Shown: positions 40,831-52,799 of the stretch, piece after piece
Numbering within the stretch: the stretch's first letter is position 1
Layout: each line of letters starts with the position of its first letter
Notes under the pieces: generated by a model
What the model saw: the letters and a program-made list of their open reading frames with translations, nothing else
What the model was told of the DNA's origin: nothing
The model's database searches: none
Made by a program: the position numbers and the translations under genes
Source: Octopus sinensis
Taxonomy: Eukaryota
Length of the DNA: 64,000 nucleotides
Assembly (NCBI RefSeq): GCF_006345805.1
Contig: NC_042997.1
Location: 14,136,001-14,200,000 of the forward strand
Direction of reading: 5' to 3'

Positions 40831-40908
40831 TAAAAAAGGGAATAAAATTCTTTCGTGCAAATCTGACCCTGATACATACGATACAGCTAAGGGTCAGACC
40901 CGATTCTG

Positions 40909-41351
40909 ATTGGTCAACAAGTTGATGACGTCTAGCTCTGCTAGAATGGACAGGATACAAACAGGGGACAGTCATTAGTCAGAATATTGATGACGTCCTT
41001 TTCTGCTTGAATAGTCACCTAACAAGTACAGACAGGGGGCAGATCTAATGTAGCTATAAGTCGTGATTGGGCAGAATCTGGATGACGTCCCGCTATGCTT
41101 GACTAACGAAGCGACTGGTCAAGACAGGAAACAAACAAGAGGGAGTTATAATGCAGCGATTGGTCAAAATAATGATGACGTCCCGTTCCACTTGATTAAA
41201 GCCACCTAACGAAACGATTGGTCAAAACATTGATGACGTCACGCTACGCTAGATTGACCACCTAACAGGCATTATAAAACCGAGCATTTCACAAAAAATC
41301 ACTAGAACCACCAGCGAACTTCCACCATGGGTCATCACAATTGCTTAAGGT
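40909..41351 (+). promoter_or_regulatory. Putative Pol II promoter in the pLTR: 5 x (ATTGG-N12-TGACGTC), TATA box, Kozak ATG, splice donor
   Basis: ATTGG at 40909, 41066, 41159 and 41217 (ATTAG at 40974), each followed after exactly 12 nt by TGACGTC. TATAAAA at 41273. CCACCATGG with ATG at 41327. AAG|GTAAAA at 41350. Confidence 0.6.
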
Positions 41352-41599
41352 AAAAATGAATTCCTCGCTCTTTCGGAAACATCAATCTTCTGTATTGACC
41401 GCTTTCCACCACTTTGATCTGTTTTTTGTATTGAATACTTATCGCACCGTGGGCCACTGCATCGAACACTTTGAACATATACTTCAAATTATATATCAAC
41501 TATACATGAACTATATATCAACTATACATGAACTCTAAGATGTCTGACTCCGTTGTGTATTATAATGAATTTCTTGTGTTTGACGGCATGAGCTGTCTC

Positions 41600-41670
41600 T
41601 TTTTATATATAACTTTTTTTGATAAGGTTCATTTCAGGAACTGAAACATGTTATAATGTATATATAAAAA
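41600..41670 (+). ncRNA. Type I hammerhead-like motif with U3-A8 variant core
   Basis: UUGAUAA G GUUC auuucag GAAC U GAAAC AU GUU. Interrupted stem I includes an 11 bp UUUUUAUAUAU/AUAUAUAAAAA helix. Palindromic stem III ACAUGU. Confidence 0.55.
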
Positions 41671-41714
41671 TTAAAAATTGTATAATACAGCAGCATTTTT
41701 GAACTTCATTTTTT

Positions 41715-41727
41715 GTATATATATATA

Positions 41728-41785
<58 letters not shown>

Positions 41786-41801
41786 GCATGTATATACATA
41801 C

Positions 41802-41834
<33 letters not shown>

Positions 41835-41862
41835 ATATGTATGTATGTATGCATGTATATAC

Positions 41863-41893
<31 letters not shown>

Positions 41894-42526
41894 CACATAT
41901 ATATATACATATATATATGTATATATATATATGTATATACATGCATACATAGATGCATACATACATACACACACACATATACATAGATGCATACATACAT
42001 ACATACACACATATACATAGATGCATACATACATACATACATACATACATACATACATACATACATACATACATACATACATACATACATACATACATAC
42101 ATCATACATACATACATACCAGAATTATTATATGCTATATTATATATATTTTGCTTCGAACAAAGAACCTCGAAATAGAATTTTTTTTTTTTTTTTTCAA
42201 AAAAGAAGAAACAAGTTTGAAATGTCTCACTCACATAAGTAAAAAATAATAAAGAGGAAAAGCAAAAGATAATTAAGTAGAAAAATAATTGATGTTGTCT
42301 TCAAATCAGAACAACAAATATTAACCACATTTCGTCTTTGATGTAGTTGAGGATTAGTACCAGTTGTCGGAAGATAAACGTTCATGTGTAAAGTCAATAG
42401 GCATTATCAATGGAGAACAAAGAAAACGTACTTGACTTTTCTTCATATTTTTTCTTCTCTCCACCGACTTATTCGCACTTGCTATCCGTTTCTTTCTTCT
42501 CTTCTCTTTGTGTCTCTGTATCTCTT

Positions 42527-42574
<48 letters not shown>

Positions 42575-42665
42575 TGTATCTCTGTTTCTCTCTCTCTCTC
42601 GCTTTCGCAAATACATACATATATTATGCATGCATTATATATACACAAATATATCATTTATACGG

Positions 42666-42708
<43 letters not shown>

Positions 42709-42899
42709 ACATATATACATATATTATATATATATATATATATAGTTAATGCACATATAAGTGTATATAAAAATGTGTGCATGTATGTATAGTATATATA
42801 TATATATTGCACACTGATATATTTGTTTATACATATATATATGTACTTTTGTGTACATACAATCACACACACACACATATATATACATATATTTAGACG

Positions 42900-42947
<48 letters not shown>

Positions 42948-43145
42948 TATTTATGTATACACATGTGTGTATATGTATACATATAGATGCGTATGTATTG
43001 TATATATATATATATATGTGTGTGTGTGTATAAATATATATACATACATGCATACATACATACATACATACATACATACATACATACATACATACATACA
43101 TACATACATACATACATACATACATACATACATACATACATACGT
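41715..43145. repeat. Cluster of (TA)n, (CATA)n, (CT)n and (CA)n microsatellites
   Basis: Directly visible, with short unique spacers. Confidence 0.9.
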
Positions 43146-44089
43146 GTTTGCCTATCAGTCTCATTCCATTGTCATTGTTTTTTCTTCGAATATCTTATTG
43201 TACTTTTTTTATTTCTATCGATGTTTTTACATTCATTCTCTCACACTCTCTCACAAACTCTTTTCTCCGACAAGAATTTCACAGATATCAGACTCAAAAG
43301 TCAAGATAAGCATCAGTTACCGAACTTACATGAAAGCTTTTGTCCTTCCCGTGTTGACTTCTTTTTTTTGTATATGTGATTTGTATGCTTGTTTCTCTAA
43401 CTATTCAAGATGATTACACGTTTTAGAAACAACATCTAATACGAGAGGAGTGTATGACTATTTGAAAAGAAAACAAAACTAAATTGCTTACCAAAAGTAA
43501 ATAAAGGGCGATTGCGTATGCATATATAACTGTGAGCGTGGGTCTCTGTGTGTATTTGTGTGTGTGTGTCTGTGTGTGTGTTGTGTGTGTGAAGAAGAAT
43601 CTGGGCACATATATGACTATATGTATACGTGTATGCGTATGTTGAGGTGCAAGAGAAGGATAGAGACTACGTAAGAAATAAGGTAAGGTGAAAGAATGAA
43701 CAAGTGTATAAGAAAATATATGTGGATGAGAATATATGTTGTAAATAACTTTAAATGTACCTGTGTGAGTATGTGTATTACGTGTTTGCGTGTGTGTATA
43801 CATACATACATACATACATACATACATACATACATACATACATACATACATAATACATACATACATATGCGCACACAAATACACGCACAATACAGTATTA
43901 TAGATCAGTTTCAGCAGATTTTACCAATCGGTTTCGCACACGAGTTAGAGAAAAAAATTCAATCCCGGCGCTCGTCAGGGACTGATAGGAATGTTTTGGT
44001 GACGACTCTCTGTAGTGGAAGTCAAGAAGTGTTATGCCAGGTTTATGTGCGTTAAAAACCGGAACGAGAAAATGCCCACGAGAGATATT

Positions 44090-44250
44090 CAGACATTTAT
44101 CTAGAGTTATGCCGAATCTCCTTGCGAACTACGTTAAGGGTACACGTGTATGTGGAATGCTCAGCCACTTGCACGCTAATTTCACGGGCAAGCTGTTCCG
44201 TTGTTCGTATCAGCTGGAACCCTAGTCGCCGAAACCAACGGGGTGCTCCT
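44090..44250 (+). mobile_element. SINE family B tail fragment followed by (TATG)n
   Basis: GAACTACGTTAAGGGTACACGTG...GCTCAGCCACTTGCACG...GCTGTTCCGTTG. Confidence 0.7.
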
Positions 44251-44634
44251 ATCCTATGTATGTATGTATGTATGTATGTATGTATGTATGTATGTATGTA
44301 TGTATGTATGTATGTATGTATGTACGTATGTATGTACGTATGTATGTATGTATATAGGGGCGTATTACTAGCTAGCCTTTTAAAAAAACCATCTACCAAA
44401 ATGAGATCTGAACTTGGATTGTAAAGATACAACGCATCACCACAGCGCTTTTGCTTGTGGTGTTGTGACAATTTTTGCCTTTAACTTCTATTTCGTGGGG
44501 TTAATATCGAAAATGATAGTGACGTCTTAATTTGGTTAAGATGAACGGCTGAAAGAGAAAGCAATAAACGAATAGAATCTATTAGATATTCAGTGTAATA
44601 TTTTGAATTGGTTGGGGTTTGCTGAATCAATATA

Positions 44635-45154
44635 CCGTAAATCCTCGAGTATAGTCTGCCCTTGAGTATAATACGCAGGGAATTTTTAAGGGGCTGTATT
44701 TCTGAAAAACCTAAACCTTGTGTATAATACGCACCCTTCTCTAACTTGAGTCGTGCGTAATTAAGCCAGCAGCACCTAGTCAAACAAACACTTCCATGCA
44801 TGCGTAATACAATAATGTTAATGTTCTTAACTGTTATATGGGAATGTAAATATGTTTGCAAATTGTTTTTGTTACATGTTATTCTGTGTTCTGAATACCT
44901 TTATTCTAATAAATGTTGCTTACTGCAAGTTATGGATGATTCTTTTATGACTTCATTGTTTTCTGGCTTAGCTTAAGGTATTTTAGCGCCCGACATCACA
45001 AAATGCGTCTGAATAAACATTGCCGGACAGCAAATAGAGACTCGGAAATTGCTTAGAAAATATTTTTCCTTTTTAACCTCGTATATAGTACACACTAGGG
45101 ATTTTGACCTTTAAATTTTTGGGGAAAATGCGGATTATACTCGAGGATTTACGG
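44635..45154. mobile_element. TA-flanked MITE, Tc1/mariner-pogo type
   Basis: TA|CCGTAAATCCTCGAGTATA ... TATACTCGAGGATTTACGG|TA. Confidence 0.8.
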
Positions 45155-45555
45155 TAATTATGATCAAAAGCCGTCTTAACTGTGTATCTAGGACTCTGTT
45201 GTCTTATGTGTCCTTCATTTCTGAAGATGATGGATGCTATTTCTAACAGATTGAACGACCACATAGAAACCTATTTCTCGGCTCGACGCTCTATTATAGA
45301 ATAATGCTGAGGAGAGGAATTCGACTAAGCATAAAAATGAAAAGAAACCGCTAATAATCTAGAAAAAATGGTTAAACATCACAATTTTATATTTCCTACC
45401 CAGTTCTTGCTAATCTACAAACTGTAGACAGTTCAAATTCTGGCTCTTCTTAGCAAGCCATGTTCACGAACTTCGCTTCGTATCGCTAGTTGGATAACGA
45501 TGTACAGCATTCATTATTTCTGAGAAAATAAATTTGAGATAGTATCAGCTATAAT

Positions 45556-45825
45556 AATTGCAGCGTGGAAGGTGTTTGTAAGCCATTTAAGAAACACACA
45601 AAAGCCGTTCGATTCACTTCAACATTTAAGTTTAATTTGTCAAAATATTTTCGTCGCTAAAATCCGCGACCTGTTCACTGACAAATTAAATTTAAATGTT
45701 GAAGTGAATCGAACGGCTTTTGTGTGTTTCTTAAATGGCTTACAAACACCTTCCACGCTGCAATTGTTTTCGTTTCAGCACACGATCTCAGATCAAATTA
45801 CTTGCTATGCGAGTACATCTCCGTA
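45556..45825. mobile_element. 270 bp fold-back mini-element with 12 bp TSD and a hammerhead-like core in its loop
   Basis: TSD ATCAGCTATAAT at 45544-45555 and 45826-45837. ~87 bp inverted arms with one mismatch. Terminal motif CAGATC..TTACTTGCTATGCGAGTACATCTCCGTAA recurs inverted at 52923-52960. Confidence 0.8.
45636..45685 (-). ncRNA. Type I hammerhead-like motif with G3-C8 variant core
   Basis: Minus: UUUGUCA GUGAACA G GUCGC ggauuuua GCGAC GAAA A UA U U U UGACAAA. Stem I at least 7 bp, stem II 5 bp, palindromic stem III AAUAUU. Confidence 0.6.
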
Positions 45826-45914
45826 ATCAGCTATAATGTTTTGATTATATCCATGCTATATCAGGACCGATTAGACCTACACAACAGCAATAACAATATC
45901 AACTTCACTTAAAC

Positions 45915-46145
45915 CTAGCCACGATGGTGCCTCTGTGTAGTCACTCGACCTGCCAAAAAGAATCAACCAAATTTCGCAAGGAAATGCACCCAACCGTTTT
46001 TTTTAAAAAATGAGGAACGCATCGGATACTATGGCTCTATGTTCACTACGTTTGAAGACAAAAAAAATAATAAAGGATGATCACGGCTGGAATGCGTTTA
46101 ATCATACATTTGCTCGATTAGAGCTGACCTGGAGCTATATACAAT
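45915..46145 (+). mobile_element. Degenerate interspersed repeat (family E)
   Basis: GGATGATCACGGCTGGAATGCGTTTAATCATACATTTGCTCGATTAGAGCTGACCTGG resembles ~19860-20050 (+) and ~21360-21545 (-). Confidence 0.45.
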
Positions 46146-46758
46146 GATGACTTTACTTGCATCGCTAATGCATTTTTACCATTTTTTTTTAGCTTCTTTT
46201 CTTTCTTTTCATTTTTTTTGACATGAGAGTTTAGATAGATGTCACAATCTCCTATTTTCTCATATTTTCAGGTTTCATGCCGATATGAGAAACATTTTTA
46301 CTATTCCTATTCTTATTATTATCATTATTATTATTATTACTATTATTACTATTATTATTATTATTAGCTAGAAAAATAAATATTACCAGTTGATATATCG
46401 ATATAAAAAAAACTGTTTGGGGGTATTTTTCTTCCTTTCATTCTGTATTTTATATTACTCTGTTGTTTGCATGATGTTCTAATAACTAGCACAAAAATAA
46501 AAAAATAAAATAATATATAAAAAATAAAAAATAAAAGAATAACATGAAAATAACAGTAACGCGGCTAAAGAAGAAAAACAATTCTGATATAGATTGTCAG
46601 GAGGATTTGGTATTTTCTCATCTCTAAAGCCAGTTTATTAAAGGAAGCACGCTATACCATTCTTATTCTGTGTTTCATAGAGCGATTTCTTAAACAACAT
46701 TTTTATACTTCTTTAATTGATATTAAATACATACATACATATATAAATTCACATATAC

Positions 46759-46802
<44 letters not shown>

Positions 46803-47090
46803 GTATATGCATTCAGACACTGGTGTATGTATGATGTTATATTATGAGTAAGTGTATATAAGTATGACTGAGAAAATAGAAATTCAATAAATCACCAGTA
46901 TTATTGAGGAGCTGCCGAGGAAAAACATGAATATTGTCCGAGTCAAAAAAAAAATGAAAGAAAACAGAGGAAAACATATACGTGCGCATATAGTATAGGT
47001 ATGTATTTGAATATGTGTATAGGTGCATTAGTAATTATGTGTGTACGTGTACGAGTGCGTGTATATATATTTAGGAGCAGTGCATTAGGT

Positions 47091-47132
<42 letters not shown>

Positions 47133-48382
47133 TATGATCTATGTCTACTGTTTCCATGATGACAATTTCCACAGAGCAAGAGGTTAGCTCCAGCTGACCC
47201 GAATCAACGATGCGGTTACGATTTCCAGCTGAAGCCAATTCACAGAAAATTGTCTTCTTACGAAAAAACATGAAAATAACACGATATTATAGAAAATTTG
47301 GAGAGTAAAAAAAAAAAAGCTTAGTAAGAAATCGTTAATTTACACTGCTTACTTTGTTATTTTTTATTATTTATATTCATAATCTGAGTTTCGTGTTCGA
47401 ATCCTGCCACTGTTGACTGTTTCTTTCAGTACTAACAAATGAGCGATCAAAGGAGAATATATGTGGTATTTTAGAACCGATTCTGCTGTGTATAACCCCT
47501 TCAAGAGCTGAGATCTTTGCATAGATCCATTTATTTAACTGAGGTTTCTTTTGGTGCAACTCTGAGTATTCGGTTTAGTGATTGCGTGAAACATGCGCCA
47601 TCTTCGAATAAATTAATAAATTCTACATGTATTGTATCACTTTCATTTATAAATCCAAATGTGTGTGTGTTTCTCCTTAAAACCAAAGTCATGTCATCAA
47701 AGCTGTCTCTTTCATTTGGCCAGGTTGTAAAATATTAATACAATGCCCATGATGTCAGTTATAAATTGTAATCACATCTGGTACAACATGGAATTGTATT
47801 TTTTTTTGTTCTTGTCTTGTTTTTGTTTTTGTTTTTTTTTTAGTCAGGTAATAATTTTCATTCCAAATTCAACAAATGTCGTCTGGAGTTGCGAATAATT
47901 ATTATAGGATTCTGTTAATTAAAAGAGTTCTTTTTACTTCAGTCAGCATTTATGGTAAAAGTGGGCAAGGCTGACGTAATCAATTGTGTCTGCGATTTCC
48001 CATTGAAACTGTGACAGTCATTCACATTTCTCTTACACTTCTCTTTCCCTCTCTATTTCCTTCTCTCCCTCTCTCTCCTCTCTTTCTCCCACTCTCTCAC
48101 CTCATTTCCCACTCTCCCACCCTCTATCTCACCCACTCTCCTTGCACCTATCTCCTTCTCTTTCCCTTTCTCTCTATTCTTTTCTCCTACACTCTCTCTC
48201 CTTCTGTCTCCTTCTCTCCCTGTCTCGCCTCTCTCCCTCTCTCTCTCTCTCTCTCTCGATAATCATCAGTGTAAGTGAAATGAAGTTGCTTTACCTGGAT
48301 AACATAAACTATTGTACTTTGGATTTATGTCTTCACAGTCTGGCCCCCTCCCTAAAATTTTCGGGCCTCTTGCCTAGAGTAG

Positions 48383-49126
48383 ATTAAATCGACCTCCAGT
48401 ACGCACCTAGTACTTAATTTATCGATCCCGAAAGGATGAAAGGCAAAGTCGACTTCGGCGGAATTTGAACTCAGAACATAAAGACAGACGAAATACCGAG
48501 GCATTTCGCCCGGCATGCTATCGTTTTTATTTCTTTATTGCCTACAGGGGGCTAAACATAGGGGGTACAAACAAGGACAGACAAACGGATTAAGTTGATT
48601 ATATCGATCCCAGTGCGTAACTGGTACTTAATTAATCGATCCCGAAACGATGAAAAGCAAAGTCGACTTCGGCGGAATTTGAACCCAGAACGTAGCGGAA
48701 GACAGAATACCTATTTCTTTACTACTCTCAAGGGGCTAAACACAGAGAGGACAAACAAGGACAGACAAACGGATTAAGTCGATTGTATCGACCCCAGTGG
48801 GTAACTGGTACTTATTTAATCGACCCCGAAAGGATGAAAGGCAAAGTCGACCTCGGCGGAATTTGAACTCAGAACATAGCGGCAGACGAAATACCTATTT
48901 CTTTATTACCCACAAGGGGCTAAACATAGAGGGGACAAACAAAGACAGACATAGGTATTAAGTCGATTACATCGACCCCAGTGCGTAACTGGTACTTAAT
49001 TTATCGACCCCGAAAGGATGAAAGGCAAAGTGGACCTCGGCGGAATTAGAACACACAACATAACGACAGACGAAATACCGCTAAGCATTTCGCCCGGCGT
49101 GCTAACGTTTCTGCCAACTCGCCGCC
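48383..49126 (-). mobile_element. SINE family C array (head + three 184 bp bodies, plus a further truncated copy)
   Basis: Junctions at ~48705, 48888 and 49072 (period 184). Head at 49078-49126. Confidence 0.85.
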
Positions 49127-49833
49127 TCCGAACAGTGAAATACATCATCGGATGGTGTTTCTTATTTAAGTTTCGATTCCGGCTTGAAGTTACTTTCATT
49201 TTATATCGTACATCTCAGTGAGAAAGACTCAAGCTTAACGGTTTCCATTTACGCCTAATTTTACGCTTTGTGCCTAGTCTTTCTCTCGTATGGTAATTAG
49301 TCTTGAGTCAGCTTTGATGCAGCATATCGCTTAGTGCTCTGTTTGTTGATTAAGATGGAAGGTAAAAGTCAACTTCAGCGAGTTTGAACACGTAATTATG
49401 ATCAACTAACACTATTTTGTTATTCTTGTCGATGTGTTGCCTCAAACCGCCAGACCTACGCGATCAAGTTTTGCCAGTGAAATGGTGGTGTATGAGACCT
49501 TATAAACACAAATCACCGTTCTGTTTTATAATTTCAGGAATGCTACCGCATGTGAAGCATCTGCTTGTTCGGTATGAACTCCAACCATGGTTTTCTTTAT
49601 CTTTGTTTTTCAGGTATAACGAATCTAAGACAACAATGTACAGTATGAAGTTCCTTTGATAAAAAGGAAGGTTATAAATTGAGGAAGATTTTATTGCTGT
49701 TTCTAGCAGATCATAAAAACATGTAGAGTAATCAGAGTAGACTATCCGTAGAAAGGAACGATAAACTCTTTACTCCTCTCTATTCTGCTCTTTCTCATCA
49801 GCCTCATCGCTATCGAGTTTAGTTGCGGAGTAA

Positions 49834-50171
49834 TTGAGTTCGAATTCCGCCGAGGTCGACTTTGCCTTTCATCCTTTCGAGATCGATTAAATAAGTACCA
49901 GTTACGCACTGGGGCGATATAATCGGCTTAATCCGTTTGTCTGTCCTTGTTTGTCCTCTCTGCGTTTAGCCCCTTGTGGTTAGTAAAGAAACAGGTATTT
50001 CGTCTGTCTTCACGTTCTGAGTTCAAATTCCGCCGAGGTCGACTTTGCCTTTCATCCTTTCGGGGTCGATTAAATAAGTACCAGTTACGCACTAGGTTCG
50101 ATATAATCCGCTTAATCTGCCCTTGTTTGTCCTCTCTGCGTTTAGCCTCTTGTGGGTAGTAAAGAAATAGG
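49834..50171 (+). mobile_element. SINE family C headless dimer with 15 bp TSD
   Basis: TTAGTTGCGGAGTAA at 49819-49833 and 50172-50186. Confidence 0.85.
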
Positions 50172-50820
50172 TTAGTTGCGGAGTAAAATAAATATTTTAC
50201 ACTTAAGGAAAATTAATTTTATGAATGTATATATTATTCGTATTGGTAGGATTTTCACCGAAAAAACATTAGAATATTTCATTTCGTTTTTTTTTCTTTT
50301 TTTTTTGTTCTTTCTTTCTTTGATTTTTTTCTTCTTTTCTTTTGTTTTCATGTCGGTTGGGGTTGGTTCTGAAGGAGGTGGCTGGAGAATGGAGTAACAA
50401 TTCGGGTAACGTTTCTTGAAGGGTTTTCGAGTTGTTCTCCACTTGAATCTCGAATGCAAAATGTAAATTCCCAATGAGCAAACATAATGATGAAGATGAC
50501 AGTAATATGATCCAAGGAATTCAACCAGCAGTCATGGCGACGAATACCAAAGTTGTTCTGTGCGCATGAGAGAAAAAGAAACGGAAAGAGAGAGAGAAAG
50601 AAAGGGAAACACAGAAAGACAGACAGTGAGATTTTTCAACAAACAGACATGCGCAAATAATACATACATCTGTATAAATATAGATAGATAGATATACACA
50701 TACATGTATATATACACATATATGTCATATGTATACATACACACATTTATATATACATAAATATATATATACATATATATATATGTATATATATGTACAT
50801 ATATACATATATATACGTAA

Positions 50821-50866
<46 letters not shown>

Positions 50867-51221
50867 GTGTGTTCAATGGCATATCTAAATATCTATTACA
50901 TTGCTGTGAATGAAATTACAGACCTCAGGACACAACATTCAGGAATATTTCTTCCCTCAAGGAAATTTTCCCTCTCCAACAGACCTTCAAAGATTAAAAG
51001 ACGAAATTAGTTGTCTTAAATTCACTAAAACCCTGTCATCTACATATTTTTTTCCTCTCTTTCTATCTTTCTCTATTTACGCCCACGAGGTGTCGTCTCT
51101 TGATTATAGGCCTTTTCCGCTGCCTTCTCTACGCCTGAAGGAACGAAAGGGCGGATACGTGTACACGCATGGTTGCAATTAACGCACGGTTGCCACTCAC
51201 ACACACACACACACGCCGCAT

Positions 51222-51252
<31 letters not shown>

Positions 51253-51634
51253 TGCAAGCACAAACATACACACATTGTTGAATATGGTTGGCTGAGACAA
51301 ATTCTGAAAGATAACTGCCGCGGAGAAAAATCCGAAAATAACATAAACAATTGTATAAAAAAAAAAAAAATTAAAGAAGACAGAAAAGATGAGATATAAA
51401 GATGTATGAGGCGAAAAAATATAGCAACGATATTTCTCGACAAATACAAAAAGAAAAGAGAAAGGTAACAGGAAAATAGCAGACCAAGCATTGATTATTT
51501 TTCTATTTCTACACGTTCTATAAGTTATAGTTAGTATTTCAGGTCAGCCGTACCCTCGGGTGATTCTAGTTACGACTGAACTAAGCAATGTCAACATTTC
51601 ATACATATGCATACAAACACACACACACACACAT

Positions 51635-51690
<56 letters not shown>

Positions 51691-51951
51691 ACATACATAG
51701 ACACATGCATTTATGCATGCATAATGCATACATACATACATAATTATATACATACATACATATAAAATAAGAATCGTAAAATATTTATATATACACACAC
51801 AAACACAAACACACACATACACACGCACACACACACACACATACAAACACATACATAGACACATGCATAATGCATTCATAGAAACATAATTATATACATA
51901 TATACATACATATAAAATAAGAATCGTAAAACATTTATATATACACACACA

Positions 51952-51996
<45 letters not shown>

Positions 51997-52066
51997 ACAA
52001 CCACACACACAAACACACACACACACACACAAACACACAGACACCACACACACACACACAAACACA

Positions 52067-52102
<36 letters not shown>

Positions 52103-52278
52103 ACTAATCGAGCAGCAGTACAAATGTTGTACGCTCTACTTGGATCGCAGTGGTTCGCAAATGGTCGCTCTAGTTAAACAAGTAGAGCGCTTAATAAAAA
52201 TATTCGCCTGGATTTTTAAATCTCTATTCTTTTGTGTTGTGCTGTGTGTGTGCGTGAGTGTGTGTATGTGTGTATGTA

Positions 52279-52314
<36 letters not shown>

Positions 52315-52439
52315 TGTGTGTTCTTTGAGTTTTATTTACGTTCTTGAGAGTTCAAGCAGGTCGCTAAAAAGCGATATGAATTTTTGAATTAAGAGAAATC
52401 CCAGTGTTAGTAGATATGGGTGAGCTATCGATGCACACA

Positions 52440-52756
52440 CCTAAGGTCGGGGTCGATTAAATAAGTGCCAGTTATAAGTGCCCCTCTATGTTTAGTCCCT
52501 TGTGGGTAATAAAGAGAAATAGGTATTTCGTCTGCCTCTACGTTCTGAGTTCAAATTTCCGCCGAGGTTGACTTTGCCTTTCATCCTTTCGGGGTCGATT
52601 AAATAAGTACCAGTTACTCACTGGGGTCGATATAATCGACTTCATCCGTTTATCTGTCCTTGTTTGTCCCTTCTGTGTTTAGCCCCTTGTGGGTAGTAAA
52701 GAAATAGGTATTTCGTCTGCCGCTACGTTCTGAGTTCAAATTCCGCCGAGGTCTAT
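52440..52756 (+). mobile_element. SINE family C circularly permuted concatemer between 23 bp direct repeats
   Basis: TGGGTGAGCTATCGATGCACACA at 52417-52439 and 52757-52779. The insert starts and ends in mid-unit. Confidence 0.8.
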
Positions 52757-52799
52757 TGGGTGAGCTATCGATGCACACATTTGGGTGTGTGCATCTATT

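Larger units (their letters stand above)
38290..41715 (+). mobile_element. Penelope-like element (5'-truncated) with 3' pLTR
   Basis: N-terminal motif INLSNKELT...LSKGLKFTP. RT motifs LRPII, SFDVVNLY, GTAMGT, WKRYLDD, FLD. GIY-YIG IYVITCAGCNRQYIGHT. Ends against (TA)n. Confidence 0.92.

Noticed and set aside
47517-47738. Stretch open on both strands (minus: TWPNERDSFDDMTLVLRRN...KETSVK*) as a possible host exon
   Set aside because: No recognisable domain, a stop directly upstream without a convincing acceptor, and too short to support.
48383-49126. CRISPR-like appearance of regularly spaced repeats
   Set aside because: The whole ~184 bp unit repeats with no unique spacers, no cas genes, and the context is eukaryotic.
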